NCBI GenBank assembly: GCA_964016885.1
Contig: CAXHJY010001643.1
Span: 1,137 to 65,136 of the forward strand
DNA from: Eledone cirrhosa
Taxonomy: Eukaryota
Length of the DNA: 64,000 nucleotides
Direction of reading: 5' to 3'
The notes beneath the pieces are model-generated. The model did no database searches and was not told the origin of the DNA. It saw only the letters and a list, made by a program, of their open reading frames with translations. The position numbers and the translations under genes are program-made. This document shows positions 58,463-64,000 of the stretch, one piece after another. The first letter of the stretch is position 1, and each line of letters opens with the position of its first letter.

Positions 58463-58658
58463 ACTCTAGTTATATATATAAATTTATATATATATATGTG
58501 TTATATATGTGCGTGCGTGTATTTACATGAAAACATATAACCACCCACCAACATATATAATATATATATATATACAGTGTATATATATATATATTATATA
58601 TATACAGTATATATGTATATATATTATATATATATACAGTGTATATATATATATATAA

Positions 58659-58715
<57 letters not shown>

Positions 58716-58774
58716 AATATGTATATATATATAAATATGTATATATATATATATAAATATGTATATATATATAA

Positions 58775-58812
<38 letters not shown>

Positions 58813-58813
58813 G

Positions 58814-58855
<42 letters not shown>

Positions 58856-58874
58856 TAAATATGTATATATATAA

Positions 58875-58905
<31 letters not shown>

Positions 58906-58907
58906 CG

Positions 58908-58967
<60 letters not shown>

Positions 58968-58973
58968 AATATG

Positions 58974-59081
<108 letters not shown>

Positions 59082-59089
59082 AATATGTA

Positions 59090-59120
<31 letters not shown>

Positions 59121-59678
59121 TTGTATATACACATGCATATATATATATATATACTAATGTGTCTATATATACACATTAGATCTCTCGTTATAACCGACTG
59201 GCTAATGTCCTGCTGGTACACAACCATAGCCACTACACATTCTATAGTCAGCCTTCCTCGGATGACCAATGAGGTAAGAGTAAATCTGTCGCTGCTGCGC
59301 TTATTTGTAATTCGTCGGGATCAGTGGGTTCATCCAGGATCCCAACTATCAGAATGTCGTATGTTTTTAAATTCAATTATATCCATACGATGTCGCTGTC
59401 TCTTTTTCTGTTGCAGCTTATTTAACGAGATGTGGGGGGGGGGGGGGGGGGGGGCGCAATCACAAGGTATTCTATATATATATAGAATAAGGTTTGTGTA
59501 TATATGTGAGTGTGTGTGTGTAATGTATTTATATAAATGTATGTTTATATACATATATATATATGTGTATATATGTATATGTATATATATATATATGCAT
59601 ATATATGTATATATATATATATGTATATGTATATATATGTATATATATATGTATATATATGTATATATATATGTATAT

Positions 59679-59780
<102 letters not shown>

Positions 59781-59803
59781 GTATATATATGTATATATAT
59801 ATG

Positions 59804-59962
<159 letters not shown>

Positions 59963-59963
59963 G

Positions 59964-59995
<32 letters not shown>

Positions 59996-60066
59996 GTATA
60001 TATATATATTAATATATATATATATGTGTGTGTACATATATGTAGACATATATAATGATAATACTA

Positions 60067-60097
<31 letters not shown>

Positions 60098-60194
60098 CAT
60101 ATATATACGTGTGTGTTTGTGTGACTATGTGTGCATGTCTGTATGTATTTATATAAAATTATGTATATATATACACACACACACATATATACAT

Positions 60195-60312
<118 letters not shown>

Positions 60313-60345
60313 ATATATATGTATATATATATATATATATGTATA

Positions 60346-60438
<93 letters not shown>

Positions 60439-60924
60439 TTGTGTGCCTATGTATGTACACTTCCATACAGTCAAGGAAAGTGATTCATGTTTATTTGAAA
60501 AATTACAATCTTTCATATTATTAGAAATATTTCATCTCTGAGAGCTTAACAACAAATACGATAGCCGATTCTTGATCGTAATTAAGAACATTATTAAAAT
60601 ATATTGATTTCTTATTATTTGCCTCTTAGTTCATGTTATATTGTGATAGTTTCATTAGAAGAGACAGTTCCATTCTCAGATAATTATCCACAATTTGAAA
60701 CTAACTTCTCCCCATCCCACCATATCTCAGCAGGAACCCGCCTAACGTAACCAACATCATTCAACGTCTAACACGAATCTCTGGTCGTTTTGCTTTTCCT
60801 TCCAGGTTATTGGACAATGTTATGTTTTCTATTTTACTTGTTTCATAATTCTAGAATCGTATCCCTTGTGATACAGAACAAAAGGAATTAAATTAACATT
60901 ATAATACAATAACATAATATACAT

Positions 60925-60957
<33 letters not shown>

Positions 60958-61036
60958 TATATATATTATACATACATATATATATATACAGGTACATATA
61001 CGTCTATGTGTACATATGTATGTGTGCATGCATATA

Positions 61037-61068
<32 letters not shown>

Positions 61069-61110
61069 CAGGTACATATATGTCTATGTGTACATATGTA
61101 TGTGTGCATG

Positions 61111-61141
<31 letters not shown>

Positions 61142-61181
61142 AAGATACACATATATATAATATATATATATATAAATATAC

Positions 61182-61213
<32 letters not shown>

Positions 61214-61589
61214 AATATACATATATATAATATATGTATATATACAGGCACATTATATATATATATTTTTACTTATGTATATATATGTATATATATATAT
61301 ATATGTACTGTGTATATATATATACCCATATATTTATGCATATATACAAATATATATGCAATCATACATAATGTTAAACAATGAAGGAATCAGACTAGCT
61401 GTAGAAGTTAATTAATCCATTGTTTTACGATTGTTCCTGAGGGCAAATTTATCGATCTGTAAATCAGTTATGGAACTCCATATAAATAGCCTTAGATGTC
61501 CGGCATAAACCATATATATATATATATATATATGGTTTATATATTCATATGTAACCCATGTGCAACCACGAAGCGGTCCATTTTTCTCA

Positions 61590-63241
<1,652 letters not shown>

Positions 63242-63261
63242 GAGAGAGAGATAATATATTT

Positions 63262-63482
63262 TGAGCTCTGCAGTCTGTGCCTTAACAATTTGTAGCAGAA
63301 CCTTTTCGGTTACTTCTGGACCAAGGATACTGATTAGCATAGAGCTTCTATAATCTTTACCAGGATATATATTGGTAAACTCCAATATAACCAACATATA
63401 CTTATACACGAACTACTGACCAAATAATATTTGGTATCAATGGGTAAAGACATCTGTCAAATCCATTAGTGGTGAAGGTGGT
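63262..63482 (-). pseudogene. LOTUS (OST-HTH)-like exon relic
   Basis: PSPLMDLTDVFTH*YQILFGQ*FVYKY, then a frameshift to [11 protein letters not shown]. Matches the LOTUS pattern Y..(F)G..F.YK.(L/V)G(Y/F)..L..Y(L/I); two stops. Confidence 0.45.
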
Positions 63483-63564
63483 GTATATAGTAACCGACAT
63501 GAAAAAAAAAAATATATAGGAATAAGGTAAGCCCAAATCGTAGTAGATTCAAATATCAGAGAGA

Positions 63565-63638
<74 letters not shown>

Positions 63639-63667
63639 GGGGTGGAACAGAAATGAAACATGGATTA

Positions 63668-64000
63668 CAGGTATAAATGTAGTCTAGATAGATGAGAAAT
63701 AAAACGAGGATTTAGTTTATGGAACACCCAAATGATTTAGAAGTCGACCTCAAGTAGGAGCAATAACATTAAGAAAGACATGAACGACTCCACAAAACTT
63801 TGTTTGGAAAATTTTGAAAGTAGGTTTATAAGTATGAAATTTCATAAGATTTTCGTAGTTGTCTCTATGGCCTAGCAGTAGGAACTAGAGACGGTGGAGA
63901 TCCTGGTCTTGGGTTCAATCCTGGTCAAGAGGTACATATAAGCTTTTTCAGTTTTTATTTTACAACCAATAGAAAAAAAACTGAAAAGGTTTACTGGGAA
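63668..64000. mobile_element. Second copy of the left half of the 2963-3715 element (runs off the window)
   Basis: Highly similar to 2963-3295. Confidence 0.75.

Overview
AT-rich eukaryotic genomic DNA full of (TA)n/(CA)n/(GA)n microsatellites and tRNA-derived SINEs; the repeat style suggests an octopus/cephalopod (inference). One intact gene: a 4-exon, 306-aa testis-specific serine/threonine kinase (TSSK family) on the minus strand (18163-25272), with a perfect CRE palindrome upstream. Two things are not shown by the ORF track. (1) A dense set of type I hammerhead ribozyme motifs: five with canonical CUGANGA/GAAA cores, a CAGANGA variant family, and several copies turned into long palindromes. 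They lie in short Penelope-like/retrozyme-type elements inserted in microsatellites, concentrated at 28-36.5 kb. (2) Stop- and frameshift-riddled minus-strand relics resembling LOTUS and Tudor domains between about 37 and 63.5 kb, which suggests a decayed TDRD5/TDRD7-like piRNA-pathway gene. Nearly all long ORFs in the track are microsatellite artefacts. All analysis was by eye; no searches or folding programs were run.
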